A stretch of 64,000 nucleotides of DNA. Origin: Candidatus Bathyarchaeota archaeon (GTDB lineage: Archaea > Thermoproteota > Bathyarchaeia > Bathyarchaeales > Bathycorpusculaceae). Under the pieces are notes generated by a model. It worked only from the letters and a program-made list of their open reading frames with translations, had not been told where the DNA came from and ran no database searches. The translations under genes and the position numbers were made by a program. The number at the start of each line of letters is the position of its first letter. Position 1 is the stretch's first letter. The stretch is taken from contig CAWGZR010000005.1 of the NCBI GenBank assembly GCA_963827165.1, forward strand, positions 64,001 through 128,000, in the 5' to 3' direction. Of this stretch, positions 1 to 10,082 are shown piece after piece.

Positions 1-2
1 GC

Positions 3-1127
3 GACGCTGACGTTTACCTTTTTGATGAGCCATCAAGCTACCTTGACGTTAAGCAGAGGCTCGTCGTCGCAAGGGCTATTCGCAGCCTCAAGGAACAGCA
101 GAAAACCATTATCGTTGCTGAACATGACTTAGCCATAATCGACTACTTGTCGGACCAAATCTGCTTATTCTATGGCGAACCAAGTGTCTACGGCGTCGTT
201 TCACACGTTCACGGTACACGAACAGGCATAAACATTTACCTCCAAGGATACATCCCTGACGAGAACATAATGTTCCGAAAGGAAGCAATTGTTTTCCATG
301 AGAAGCCGCCGACCGCAGGCTCAAACATTGGTGAACCAATTTTGAAGTGGGACCACATGGAAAAGTCGTTCAACGAATTTAAGCTCTTCATTGAGCCCGG
401 CGAAATCAAAGTCGGCGAAATCGTTGGCATTTTGGGTCCTAACGGGATTGGAAAAACCACGTTTGTAAAGATTCTTGCTGGCATTGAGGAAACGGATAAT
501 AAGAAAAAGCTTGGGGAGTTAACTGTAAGCTACAAACCTCAGTATATTGCCCCGGATTATGCTGGAACTGTTGCAGAATTGCTCATGAGCGTTGCCAAAG
601 AAAACTTCACTTCAAGCTGGTACAAAACCGAGGTATCCCAACCGCTAAGACTTCAGGTTCTAATGGACAAAAACGTAATGGAACTAAGCGGTGGAGAGCT
701 TCAAAAAGTCGCGATTGCTGCCTGCCTCAGCCGCAAAGCTGACCTGTACCTTCTTGATGAGCCAAGCGCATACTTAGACGTTGAAGAACGCTTGAACATG
801 GCTAAGACTCTTCGACGGGTTGTTGAAGCTCACGGCATCCCAGCCTTTGTGGTTGAACACGACGTTGTAACCCAGGACTTCATCGCCGATCGTCTAATGG
901 TTTTCAACGGTGAACCCGGCGTTAAGGGCACAGCAAATCCTCCGACCAGCCTCAGGAAAGGCATGAACACTTTCCTCAAAGAAATGGACATAACCTTCCG
1001 ACGAGACTCAGTCACAATGCGTCCCAGAGTCAACAAAGAAGACTCGCAAATGGACAAGTTCCAAAAAGGTATAGGCGAATATTATTACACCAAAACAACA
1101 AAGCCAGAACCAATAGCCAAGAAATAG
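3..1127 (+). CDS. rli: ABCE1/RNase L inhibitor ribosome-recycling ATPase (5' truncated by window edge)
   Basis: Frame is open from base 3 (DADVYLFDEPSSYLD...); second NBD GPNGIGKTT, LSGGELQ, LLDEPSAYLD; C-terminal RPRVNK...D..QK..GEYYY. Confidence 0.95.
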   Translation, partial: DADVYLFDEPSSYLDVKQRLVVARAIRSLKEQQKTIIVAEHDLAIIDYLSDQICLFYGEPSVYGVVSHVHGTRTGINIYLQGYIPDENIMFRKEAIVFHEKPPTAGSNIGEPILKWDHMEKSFNEFKLFIEPGEIKVGEIVGILGPNGIGKTTFVKILAGIEETDNKKKLGELTVSYKPQYIAPDYAGTVAELLMSVAKENFTSSWYKTEVSQPLRLQVLMDKNVMELSGGELQKVAIAACLSRKADLYLLDEPSAYLDVEERLNMAKTLRRVVEAHGIPAFVVEHDVVTQDFIADRLMVFNGEPGVKGTANPPTSLRKGMNTFLKEMDITFRRDSVTMRPRVNKEDSQMDKFQKGIGEYYYTKTTKPEPIAKK

Positions 1128-1411
1128 CTCAAGCAATTGTTTGTTCGGTTCTTCGTTCACATACCGCCTAAGGCGATTGGCAAAAGATAGCTCCAAATTA
1201 GGAGCCAAAGAACAAAGTAAAATCAAATGCTTATCTTGCAATATCCCAGCTAATTTTACATTTTTAAAGCAAAAACAATCATTTGCAACCGACTCCACAT
1301 TTGCCAAAACCAAAATTTTTTCCTCGGTATGCAGTTAACTTAAAAAACAAGCAACAAATATACTAAGCACTCGACAGGGAGAAAACAGGGAAAAAGCGGT
1401 GTTGGCAGCAA

Positions 1412-3037
1412 GTGGCTCAAGCAACCTTCGATGAAATTTCAGCCAGTGACTTCTTTTACAGGAACAGAGACATCGCTGGCTTCACAAACCCATCCAGAGC
1501 CATATTCGCCGCAATCCGAGAGTTAGTCGAAAACTCTTTGGATGCCGCCGAAAGCCAAAAAATACCACCCGAAATTTACGTGCGCCTCTCTTTCGAGGGT
1601 GAAGCCTCCAAAGATACTCAAATCTACAAGCTGCGCGTAGAGGATAACGGTAGTGGAATTCAACCACGCTTCATCCCGTCTGCTTTTGGACAGGTGCTCT
1701 TTGGAAGCAAGTATAAACTGAAGCAGACGCGGGGAACGTTCGGTTTAGGCGGGAAAATGGCTGTTCTTTACGGTCAAGTCACTACTCATCAGCCAGCCTT
1801 CGTAACTTCCTCCACGGGGCAGGCGAAGATTTATAGTTTTAAGTTAATGATTGATATTCAAAGGAATCGCCCAATAATTCTAGATCGCAAAGTCCTAATC
1901 AACAAGGACAATTGGCGTGGAACTATCGTTGAGTTCTCTCTTGAAGGCGACTACCTAAGGGCGATGCCTAAAATCCTCGATTACTTCAAGCAAACAGCTA
2001 TGGTGAACCCCTACGCGAATCTGACTTTTGTCGATCCTAAAGGCAGGCTCTACAAATTCACGCGAGCAACCACCGAAATGCCAGAGCCACCCAAAGAAAC
2101 CTTGCCGCATCCCTACGGCGTAGACGTTGAATTACTACAGCGGCTCATAATGGTCACCCCTTTCAATAACATGACTGACTTCTTGACAGGACACTTTCAC
2201 AGAGTCGGCGCCGTCACCGCACTCAAATTCCTGATCTTCAGCGACTTAATCACGTTCACATGCTCGCAACATGGCAAAATTCCAACTGACCAGATAAAAT
2301 TAGTTGACAATAAACCAGTCTGCCCACAATGCGGGAAAGATGCACAATCAAGCACTAAGAATCCTAAACGGTTGTCCCATGAAGAAATTGTTCGCTTAAT
2401 GCAGAACCTAAAAAAATACAAGGATTTCCTGCCTCCGGACGCCAGTTGCCTTTCACCCTTAGGCGAGGAATTGCTTAAAACAGGCGTTCAAAAAGAGTTG
2501 AGCCCCGAGTACCTTGTCGTGCACCAACGCAAACCATCCACTTATGCAGGCCATCCTTTCATCGTTGAAATGGCAATCGCTTACGGTGGCGGAGTGCCGA
2601 AGCGAGGCAGCTTTGTGATTTACCGTTTCGCCAACAAAATCCCGTTGCTGTACGATGAAGCAAGCGACGTTTCTTACCGCGTGATCTCAGCCATGAATTG
2701 GCGCCGCTACAAAGTTGCTCCAGACATGCCCATCGCCATCGTCATTCATATATGTAGCACAAAAGTGCCATACAAGACTGTTGGCAAAGAATTTATCGCT
2801 GATCGCCCCGAAGTGCGTCGCGAAGAAGCAAACGCGATCCGCGAAGTTGCTCGACAACTGCAGCATTTCCTTTCACGTCAAGAACACGTTCATATGGAGA
2901 AGAAGAGGCTTGGAATCTTCGGCAAGTACCTGCCTAAAATCGCCCAGTTCTCCGCGACGTTAGCTGGGCAAGAACGGGTTCCAGACATAGATAAACTGTT
3001 AAAGAGTGTACAAAAGTATGGCGCAGAAGAAAGCTAA
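1412..3037 (+). CDS. top6B: DNA topoisomerase VI subunit B
   Basis: ELVENSLDA, DNGSG, RGTFGLG GHKL motifs; RFANKIPL and STKVPYKTVGKE transducer motifs. Confidence 0.96.
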   Translation: MAQATFDEISASDFFYRNRDIAGFTNPSRAIFAAIRELVENSLDAAESQKIPPEIYVRLSFEGEASKDTQIYKLRVEDNGSGIQPRFIPSAFGQVLFGSKYKLKQTRGTFGLGGKMAVLYGQVTTHQPAFVTSSTGQAKIYSFKLMIDIQRNRPIILDRKVLINKDNWRGTIVEFSLEGDYLRAMPKILDYFKQTAMVNPYANLTFVDPKGRLYKFTRATTEMPEPPKETLPHPYGVDVELLQRLIMVTPFNNMTDFLTGHFHRVGAVTALKFLIFSDLITFTCSQHGKIPTDQIKLVDNKPVCPQCGKDAQSSTKNPKRLSHEEIVRLMQNLKKYKDFLPPDASCLSPLGEELLKTGVQKELSPEYLVVHQRKPSTYAGHPFIVEMAIAYGGGVPKRGSFVIYRFANKIPLLYDEASDVSYRVISAMNWRRYKVAPDMPIAIVIHICSTKVPYKTVGKEFIADRPEVRREEANAIREVARQLQHFLSRQEHVHMEKKRLGIFGKYLPKIAQFSATLAGQERVPDIDKLLKSVQKYGAEES

Positions 3038-4100
3038 GATTATTGAGAGAAGAAACGAAGTTCTCGCCGGCTTGAAAAAGTTCGGCAGCAAAATGTACAG
3101 TCAGCTAGACGAAGGTGTTTTTCCAACTATTGATATGCCAAGCCGCGGGACCGACAACATAATGTATGATGCGACTCTGCGTCAATACATTCTTGGCGAA
3201 AAAAACGTCAGTCGAAGCGCAAGAAACATAAGGCACATTAAACCGTTCACTCAGCTGGCCTGGGCAGCCATGTTCAGCAACGAACTTACCTCGCAGCGCA
3301 AAACTAGCACCTTAAGAGATGTCTACTACTCCGCGCAGGCTTACGAAATGACTTTCACGGACCAGCAGGAATCCAACAACATAATCACCGACCTGGAAAC
3401 GCTAACAGGGTTCGCACGGGAAGACTTTCACATTTTCCCAGAAGAACGCAGCGCAATCTTCGGCGACTTAGATATAGGCTATACTGTCCCAGGCTATGAG
3501 GGCAAAACCCTGAATTTAACTAGCCACCCCGACGGCGTCTTGATCGGCCCAGCCTTAACCTCGTCCGAGTTAATAAAAACGAACGCCAACAAAGTCATAG
3601 CCATAGAGAAAGGCGCCCTATTCACAAGATTCATTGAAGAAAACGTTCATAATAAACACAAGGCGCTGCTAATTTCATGCGGCGGACAAGCACCTAGACA
3701 AACCCGCAGCTTCATTAGGCGATTACACGATGAACTGAATTTGCCCGTTTACATTTTAACCGACGGTGACCCATGGGGGATGCACATTGCACAGGTCATT
3801 ATTTCGGGTTCAGCCAACGCAGCCCACCTAAGAGAACTCAACACGCCTGATGCAGTTTGGAGTGGTGTTTGGGCGAGCGACATAATCGAGTACAAGCTAC
3901 CGACGGATCCGCTGGATGAAGTAGACATAAAACGCCTTTATGAGTTGCAGAAAGACCCACGCTACCAGAATGACCCTATCTGGCAAAAAGAAATAAAGTT
4001 GTTTTTGAAGATAAAAAGAAAGGCTGAGCAGGAAGCTTTCAGCCGTTATGGATTAACCTATATTGTTGATGAGTATCTGCCGACAAAACTGAAGAATTAA
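3018..4100 (+). CDS. top6A: DNA topoisomerase VI subunit A
   Basis: STLRDVYY catalytic Tyr region, TOPRIM IEK and DGDPWG; overlaps top6B; ATG at 3018. Confidence 0.96.
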   Translation: MAQKKAKIIERRNEVLAGLKKFGSKMYSQLDEGVFPTIDMPSRGTDNIMYDATLRQYILGEKNVSRSARNIRHIKPFTQLAWAAMFSNELTSQRKTSTLRDVYYSAQAYEMTFTDQQESNNIITDLETLTGFAREDFHIFPEERSAIFGDLDIGYTVPGYEGKTLNLTSHPDGVLIGPALTSSELIKTNANKVIAIEKGALFTRFIEENVHNKHKALLISCGGQAPRQTRSFIRRLHDELNLPVYILTDGDPWGMHIAQVIISGSANAAHLRELNTPDAVWSGVWASDIIEYKLPTDPLDEVDIKRLYELQKDPRYQNDPIWQKEIKLFLKIKRKAEQEAFSRYGLTYIVDEYLPTKLKN

Positions 4101-4104
4101 GTGT

Positions 4105-4530
4105 TTACATCATGGCTGCGTTGGTTGCCTCTTCTTTCTTTTCCGCCCACACCTTTATGGTTGCTTCGTTGCCCTTAATGTCGGTTGAGCCTTCGATGTG
4201 CCCCTTAGTGTTGTTGAGCCAGCTGAGCCTTGGCGAATTCGTCATGTAAGTCACTTCGCCGCTGAAGTTGTTTGCTTTACCAGTGCCCTTGCCCGAAATC
4301 ATAACAACGTCACCTTCCTTAGTCATCTCGATTGAGCGGCTTTCCCACTCGTTTGTCCCATCCATCTTCATCTTGACGTCGGTGGTTTCCATGTGGCTAG
4401 CTCGATATTTCTCGCCTTTAGCTTCGCCACTGGAATTATACTCTATAATTGCGCCCTCTGAACTAAACTCTTTGATAATCACGGCGTCGGTTTTCTCTTT
4501 GATTTCAACCAACATTTCTCTTTTTTCCAT
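4105..4530 (-). CDS. Hypothetical beta-strand-rich protein (distantly DUF3237-like)
   Basis: Coding-like ORF; G-D-V-V-M-I-S-G-K-G and P-R-L-S-W-L-N pattern; ATG at 4530. Confidence 0.55.
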   Translation of the reverse strand: MEKREMLVEIKEKTDAVIIKEFSSEGAIIEYNSSGEAKGEKYRASHMETTDVKMKMDGTNEWESRSIEMTKEGDVVMISGKGTGKANNFSGEVTYMTNSPRLSWLNNTKGHIEGSTDIKGNEATIKVWAEKKEEATNAAMM

Positions 4531-4755
4531 CAAAAAACACCATCCAATAAAAATCAAGTTGAAAATTTATCTTTATGTGACTGTGCTACGGCAAGAACAA
4601 GCTTTGGCAGCGCAGCCTGAGGACAGGTTTGAAGCGGATTGCCTTTTCTTCAGCCGCCTTTGGCAGAGACTTAAAGGGTGAGAAACAACAAATAATTTAA
4701 AATACCCCTCTTGTTTAATGTAGCCATTAACACGGAGAGACAGGGCGCATCATCT

Positions 4756-4959
4756 ATGAGTGAAGAAGGCGACACATTCTGGGTATCGCTTGCCGAAAAA
4801 TTCTTCGGCTTAATCGTAATAGTAATAGGCGGAGTGCTGCTTTATTTGACAGCTACAAGCACAAGCGAGCTTGGCGCGTTCAGCCTGTTCTTCGGGGTTT
4901 TAAGCGTAATCCTGCTTGCCATCGGCTTGTTCATGCTTCTGGTTAGACCTTCAGAATAG
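4756..4959 (+). CDS. Small two-TM membrane protein
   Basis: Two hydrophobic helices; ATG at 4756. Confidence 0.7.
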   Translation: MSEEGDTFWVSLAEKFFGLIVIVIGGVLLYLTATSTSELGAFSLFFGVLSVILLAIGLFMLLVRPSE

Positions 4960-5121
4960 CGCTATCAAAAACTCTTTGAAATCTACACTCGACTTTTCGG
5001 GCTATCTTGGTTTTTCCAGCGTTCGCCATTTTGCGATGAATGGTTCGGAATGATGCCGCTATTCATTTATAAACCATAAAAACATTAGTCACATGTACAA
5101 TTTGTTAGGAAGCGAAAAACT

Positions 5122-6909
5122 ATGCCTACACGCCAACCCATCGTATGCGTCTTAGGACATGTAGACGCGGGCAAAACCTCACTTCTAGATGAACTTCGGA
5201 AAACCAGCGTTCAAGCCCGCGAAGCTGGGGGAATGACACAGCACATAGGTGCCAGCTTTTTCCCTGTTGAAACTCTCAAACAGCTTATCGGTCCTTATCT
5301 GTCTAATTTTAAAACAGGCATAGAAATTCCCGGTTTGCTCATTGTGGATACACCTGGACATGAAGCTTTTACAAATCTGCGCCGCAGGGGTGGAAGTGTC
5401 GCTGACATCGCCATCCTCGTTGTAGATGCGCTGCGGGGCTTTGAGGCACAAACCTACGAATGCATAGAAATCTTGAAGGCACGCAAAACCCCGTTCCTCG
5501 TCGCCGTTAACAAGATTGACCGTATCCCAGGCTGGACGCCGCACCAGGGTATGCCGTTTTTGCAGTCTTACGCTTCCCAATCAAGTTTTGTCCGTGAAGC
5601 TCTCGACAACCGCCTCTACACTGTCATGGGAGAGTTTAGTCGGGAAAGCTTCAAAACTGACCGCTTCGACCACATCCGCGACTTCACAATCAATGTGGCT
5701 TTAGTGCCGACAAGCGCCAAAACGGGTGAAGGCCTATCCGAACTCGTTATGGTTTTGGTCGGGTTGAGCCAGCAGTTCCTAAAGAAGCGGCTTCAAACAA
5801 CCGAAGGGGCGGCTAAAGGCTCGGTTCTCGAAGTCAAGGAAGAACCAGGTTTAGGCTTAACGTTGAACACTATCATTTACGACGGCACTCTGCATAAGGA
5901 TGACTTGATTGTTGTAGGTGGGCGCAACGGAGCAATTTCTGCTCGTGTACGTGCTATTTTGGTGCCTAAACCTCTTGACGAGATGAGGGATCCACGGGAT
6001 AAATTCACTTCTGTCGATTGTGTTTTTGCCAGCGCAGGGATTAAAATTGTTGCTCCCGATTTGGAGGGCGCTTTAGCTGGTGCACCCCTTTTCGCCGTCC
6101 CTGCGGGTGAAGACCCAGCAAAGTACTCCAAACTCATAACTGAAGAAATCGGCAGAATCAGAATCTCCAAAGAGATTGAAGGCGTTATCGTCAAAGCTGA
6201 CACTTTGGGTTCTCTCGAAGCAATGGCTGAGATCCTTAAGGCAAACAACGTCCAAGTGCGAATCGCTGATGTGGGCGACATCAGCAAACGTGACGTTATC
6301 GAGGCATCGGTCGTGAAGACGCGTGAACCTTTGGTTGGCGCCGTGTTAGCTTTTGGCGTTAAAACGTTGCCTGACGCCGAGCAAGAAGCAGCAGCAAACG
6401 GCATCCCAATTTTCAACCAACCCATAATCTACAACTTAATCGACGCATATTTGCAATGGGCGAAGAACAAGCGTGAAACCAAGAGTGAGGCCGAATTTGA
6501 TGCGCTTGTGAAGCCGGGAAAAGTAACAGTTTTGCCAAACTGCATTTTCCACAGGGCTAAACCTTTAGTTGTGGGCATTGAAGTTTTAGGCGGAAGACTA
6601 AAACCGAAATATGGACTAATACGCAAAGAAGACGGCAGCGACTTGGGCGAGGTTGACCAGATTCAGGATCAAGGAAAAGCAATAGCTGAAGCTAAAGTGG
6701 GCATGCAGGTCGCAATTTCTATGGATAAACCTATCGCGGGCAGACACGTGTTCGAGAGAGATGTGCTGTATGTTAAGGTTCCTGAGAAGGATGCACAGGC
6801 ATTGTTAACGACCCACGCGGATGACTTAACTGCGGAAGAACAGGATGTGTTGAAAGAATACATTAATATGATGCGCAAAAAAGTACCCTTCTGGGCAGGC
6901 GTCATGTAA
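5122..6909 (+). CDS. infB: Translation initiation factor aIF5B (IF-2)
   Basis: GHVDAGKT, EAGGMTQHIGA, DTPGHEAF, NKID, KADTLGSLEA. Confidence 0.97.
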   Translation: MPTRQPIVCVLGHVDAGKTSLLDELRKTSVQAREAGGMTQHIGASFFPVETLKQLIGPYLSNFKTGIEIPGLLIVDTPGHEAFTNLRRRGGSVADIAILVVDALRGFEAQTYECIEILKARKTPFLVAVNKIDRIPGWTPHQGMPFLQSYASQSSFVREALDNRLYTVMGEFSRESFKTDRFDHIRDFTINVALVPTSAKTGEGLSELVMVLVGLSQQFLKKRLQTTEGAAKGSVLEVKEEPGLGLTLNTIIYDGTLHKDDLIVVGGRNGAISARVRAILVPKPLDEMRDPRDKFTSVDCVFASAGIKIVAPDLEGALAGAPLFAVPAGEDPAKYSKLITEEIGRIRISKEIEGVIVKADTLGSLEAMAEILKANNVQVRIADVGDISKRDVIEASVVKTREPLVGAVLAFGVKTLPDAEQEAAANGIPIFNQPIIYNLIDAYLQWAKNKRETKSEAEFDALVKPGKVTVLPNCIFHRAKPLVVGIEVLGGRLKPKYGLIRKEDGSDLGEVDQIQDQGKAIAEAKVGMQVAISMDKPIAGRHVFERDVLYVKVPEKDAQALLTTHADDLTAEEQDVLKEYINMMRKKVPFWAGVM

Positions 6910-6997
6910 ACACCAGCCATTTTTGTGCCGATTTTTTGATTTAAAGCCAAAATGCATCGAGAAAAATTTCAAAAAAGGTCGAGCCTGAAATGTTTGG

Positions 6998-7588
6998 TTA
7001 AGTTGTCTTTTGTTTGAAACGAATGGTTAACATACCATCAATGCAGAAAGGCGACAATTCCCCTTCCGAATCTTGCCTTATGCACAATGGTTTCATGTCG
7101 CATTTTGGGCAGACCGCACTTTTCAATTGGGGACCTGTTGTGCCTAAGAAGCTTTTTTCTTTGAGCGTTTCATAGGCGAATTTGAGGTATTTGCCTTCAG
7201 CCACGCGCGGTACATTGTATTTGGCTGCTTCAACCCCTGCTTGCGTGGCAAAGTACTCGTAGAACTTTTTCGTGCCTTTTTTCGAGTTGCAGTTTTTGCA
7301 TATCCAAACAAGATTCTTCTCCGTGTCTGGACCGTTGAACTTTCGGGGCAGCAGGTGCTCTAGGGTCAGATTGGCTGTGGCTCCACAGAAAACGCACTGG
7401 TCCCCGTTTTGTCGCTCTTTGACGTACTCGCGGATTTCATTCCAGGCAATGGTGCCTAACTTTAGCTGCTTAAACTTGTTCAAAACAAACCCGTAATCGG
7501 TCTTTCCCATGCCTGCTGAATCAGCGATGATTTTCGCGTATTGCCAATAAATTAAATCTTTAACGGTTTTAACCACTGCAGGCGGCAT
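6998..7588 (-). CDS. HNH endonuclease-like protein
   Basis: CVFCG...LTLEHLLP..NG....NLVWICKNCNSKKG; additional C-terminal Cys cluster. Confidence 0.85.
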   Translation of the reverse strand: MPPAVVKTVKDLIYWQYAKIIADSAGMGKTDYGFVLNKFKQLKLGTIAWNEIREYVKERQNGDQCVFCGATANLTLEHLLPRKFNGPDTEKNLVWICKNCNSKKGTKKFYEYFATQAGVEAAKYNVPRVAEGKYLKFAYETLKEKSFLGTTGPQLKSAVCPKCDMKPLCIRQDSEGELSPFCIDGMLTIRFKQKTT

Positions 7589-7688
7589 AATGGTTGCCCT
7601 CAAGTTCTGGAAAGATAACTTTGTAATTACGTCACTTGCACTTTTTAGGGTTTACTACTATCCAACTTTTTTGTTTCTGATTATTTTT

Positions 7689-7985
7689 TTAGCCGCCGCC
7701 TACTGGGGGCAAAATAGCCAACGTATCCCCATTCTGAAGCTCTGTTTGCAGCCCGTTCATCGTTGAGGTACTGTTTCCGTTAACCAGAAATTGCAAAAAA
7801 GCTTTAGGCTGCCCAGATTTGCCATCGTAAACATAATCAGTGAAGGCGGCGCCATATTTTTCTGAAAGCATTTTAAGAACGGAGTCAACCGTCACCTTTC
7901 TGCCAGCTGGGAAAGTTAATGTTTCTTCTCTTTTGTTCACGATTTCTCTGAGGTTAGTGAAGAAGCGAACTTTAACGTCAACCGT
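7689..7985 (-). CDS. MoaD/ThiS/SAMP ubiquitin-like sulfur carrier
   Basis: C-terminal LAILPPVGGG; conserved N-terminal VKVRFFTNLRE lies upstream of the called GTG (7940); start codon uncertain (ACG at 7985). Confidence 0.88.
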   Translation of the reverse strand, partial: TVDVKVRFFTNLREIVNKREETLTFPAGRKVTVDSVLKMLSEKYGAAFTDYVYDGKSGQPKAFLQFLVNGNSTSTMNGLQTELQNGDTLAILPPVGGG

Positions 7986-8111
7986 TTCGACTCACCGTTA
8001 CATATTAGTGAAAGACCCTGAAAAATAACCGTTGCGCAAAAATTTGCCGATAAATAAGGTTTTAAACGCAAGCCAGGCAAAGAATTTCAAATCATTTTAT
8101 TATGATTCACC

Positions 8112-8205
8112 TTGGTTGGGGCGCTGGGCAATTAAGGAAGAAAAGTGGAAATGGGGAATTGCAGTTATCCACCGTCGGTTTTTTTAACCAGACGCCCTCA
8201 ACCAA
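8112..8205 (-). ncRNA. Candidate structured non-coding RNA (long imperfect stem-loop)
   Basis: TTGGTTGAGGGCGTCTGG pairs with CCAGCGCCCCAACCAA; inner GTGGA/TCCAC; TATA-like TAATATAT at 8235-8228. Confidence 0.35.
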
Positions 8206-8458
8206 TAGTCAGAGTTTAACAGGTTACATATATTATTTTTCCTTTTATGGGCTCAAAAGTCAAGAAAATGAATGAAGAAGATTAAAATCATTTAAAAAAA
8301 ATCCGACGTTACGACGCGCCAAAAAATCGGGTCTTGAAAAAAGCAAATTTGCTTTTCTCTGACATCTTAGCATTGTAAAAAGGTGTTGACCGACTTGTTT
8401 ATCTTTAAAGCTGTTTCTATAAAACTGCAAACCGTACAGGCATGAAAGGTTGATACAC

Positions 8459-9226
8459 GTGAAGCTAAGTCTGTCTAACGGAATCTTCAGCAAATTAAGC
8501 CTCAACGGGAACTTCGCTGCTGTTAAGCAGCTCGGGTTTGAAAACATCGAATTCAACATGAAAGCCATAAAGAAAGAGCATGACAGGGACGTCTATCGAG
8601 AACAGAAAGCGCTGGCTGCTTCCGGCTTGAATTGCCTCACACTTCACGCGGCTATTCTGCACGTGAAAGACCCCATCGAAGTCCACCAAGCCGTTTATTA
8701 CGGGAAAATCTCGCTTGAATGCGCTCGCGCTCTTGGCGTTTCTCTCATGACCATACACTCAAACGTTTCAAAGAAGCTGCCTCGCAACGTCAGGGAAAGG
8801 TGCTTGAACGAAATTTTCAACGATGAAATCAAGCCTTTTGCGAAAAAGCTGGGTGTCAAGTTGGCTTTGGAAAACCTTTCTTACACGTCGACTGGTTTTG
8901 GCAAAAACGTTGAGCAGCTTGAAGAAGTCCTATCCATCATCGGTGATGAAGAAATGGGAATAACTTTTGATTTTTGCCACGCACTCGAAACAAAACAGAC
9001 TGATCCTCTTTTAGAGAAATATGGCTGCCGCATCTGCAACATTCACATGGCCAATAAAGCGCATGAACCATTTACCGAACCCAAACCCGAACTGCTGTCC
9101 TTCCTGACCAAACTGCGGGGCTATGGCTATGATGGCCCAATAACCTTAGAGCTTGTACACGACACCCCTATTGAAGAAATTGCGAAAAGTAAAGCCCTTT
9201 TTGACAGACTTCTAAGCAAGTCTTAA
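8459..9226 (+). CDS. Sugar-phosphate isomerase/epimerase family (AP-endonuclease-2 TIM barrel)
   Basis: GFENIE, LALEN, FDFCH, NIHM, GYDGPITLE metal-binding motifs. Confidence 0.85.
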   Translation: MKLSLSNGIFSKLSLNGNFAAVKQLGFENIEFNMKAIKKEHDRDVYREQKALAASGLNCLTLHAAILHVKDPIEVHQAVYYGKISLECARALGVSLMTIHSNVSKKLPRNVRERCLNEIFNDEIKPFAKKLGVKLALENLSYTSTGFGKNVEQLEEVLSIIGDEEMGITFDFCHALETKQTDPLLEKYGCRICNIHMANKAHEPFTEPKPELLSFLTKLRGYGYDGPITLELVHDTPIEEIAKSKALFDRLLSKS

Positions 9227-9481
9227 CGGCTCGGACATTTTTCGCCTCGTTCACATATAGCCCGGATACCTTTCTGCGCGTTTATAAGCGTGGGTTCCCT
9301 TATGTGGGTGAAGAGTCTCTTTTGTTCTCTGGGTTAATCCAGTTCGAGTCACTGATTCTTTTTCAAGAGAAAAAACGAGAAGGGGTAAAAAAACACATGT
9401 ATTTTTTGGTTGGAGCATGGGCTCTGGAAGAGAAACTGCGGGAAAGTTCTCGCAAAACAATGGTGGCGGAGACTCGAATTT

Positions 9482-9688
9482 ATGGTTAATATCGGTGATG
9501 CAATAAGGTGTCCAGAATGCCAAACCTTAGGATGCGTAGTATGGGTTTCGCCTGACAAAAAAACGATGGGCGTGAGATGCCACATGAGTCATCGGGAAGC
9601 AGATCGACCGGCGTCTAAATACGGCGGGAGAGTTGCTGTCTCAACAAAGACAAGGAAAAACGTGGTTTTCATAACAGCAGTAAGCTGA
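9482..9688 (+). CDS. Small zinc-finger protein
   Basis: CPEC...C-x3-H; ATG at 9482. Confidence 0.6.
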   Translation: MVNIGDAIRCPECQTLGCVVWVSPDKKTMGVRCHMSHREADRPASKYGGRVAVSTKTRKNVVFITAVS

Positions 9689-9770
9689 TTTTAGATATTT
9701 TGAGCAACTTTTTTGTCGCCTTTCCAATCCCGCCATCCTTCAGGGTGATTCAGCGCTGCTGAACTCATGG

Positions 9771-10082
9771 TCATAGAACGTAGATGTCTTGTACCGTTAC
9801 TAGCCCGTTGTCCCCGACTATAAGTTTTAGTTCTGGGAGAAGCGGTTCAAGCTTCGATTGCTGATCAATAACTTCGATTATTACAGGCATGTTGACCGTG
9901 ATGCCTTCAAGTTTGAGCGTTGATTTGCCTCTTTTGCCGAACCCGTCTACACCCGTCCAAACTGTGGCGCCGCTGACTCCTGCCTTGACCAAAAAATCCA
10001 TGACGAGTGGTTCAAGCCGTTTGCCGCCGAGCATGTCGTTTCGTTTGAACCTTATAGTTAAGATCCACATTTTGAGCCTCAC
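9771..10082 (-). CDS. DUF190 family PII-like protein (crcB-associated)
   Basis: GVSGATVWTGVDGFG, PVIIEVID; translationally coupled to crcB. Confidence 0.9.
   Translation of the reverse strand: MRLKMWILTIRFKRNDMLGGKRLEPLVMDFLVKAGVSGATVWTGVDGFGKRGKSTLKLEGITVNMPVIIEVIDQQSKLEPLLPELKLIVGDNGLVTVQDIYVL

Noticed and set aside
1141-1338. Intergenic ORFs 1141-1338 and 1008-1313, and the many antisense ORFs nested in housekeeping genes
   Set aside because: Shadow frames with no motifs, mostly overlapping well-supported genes.
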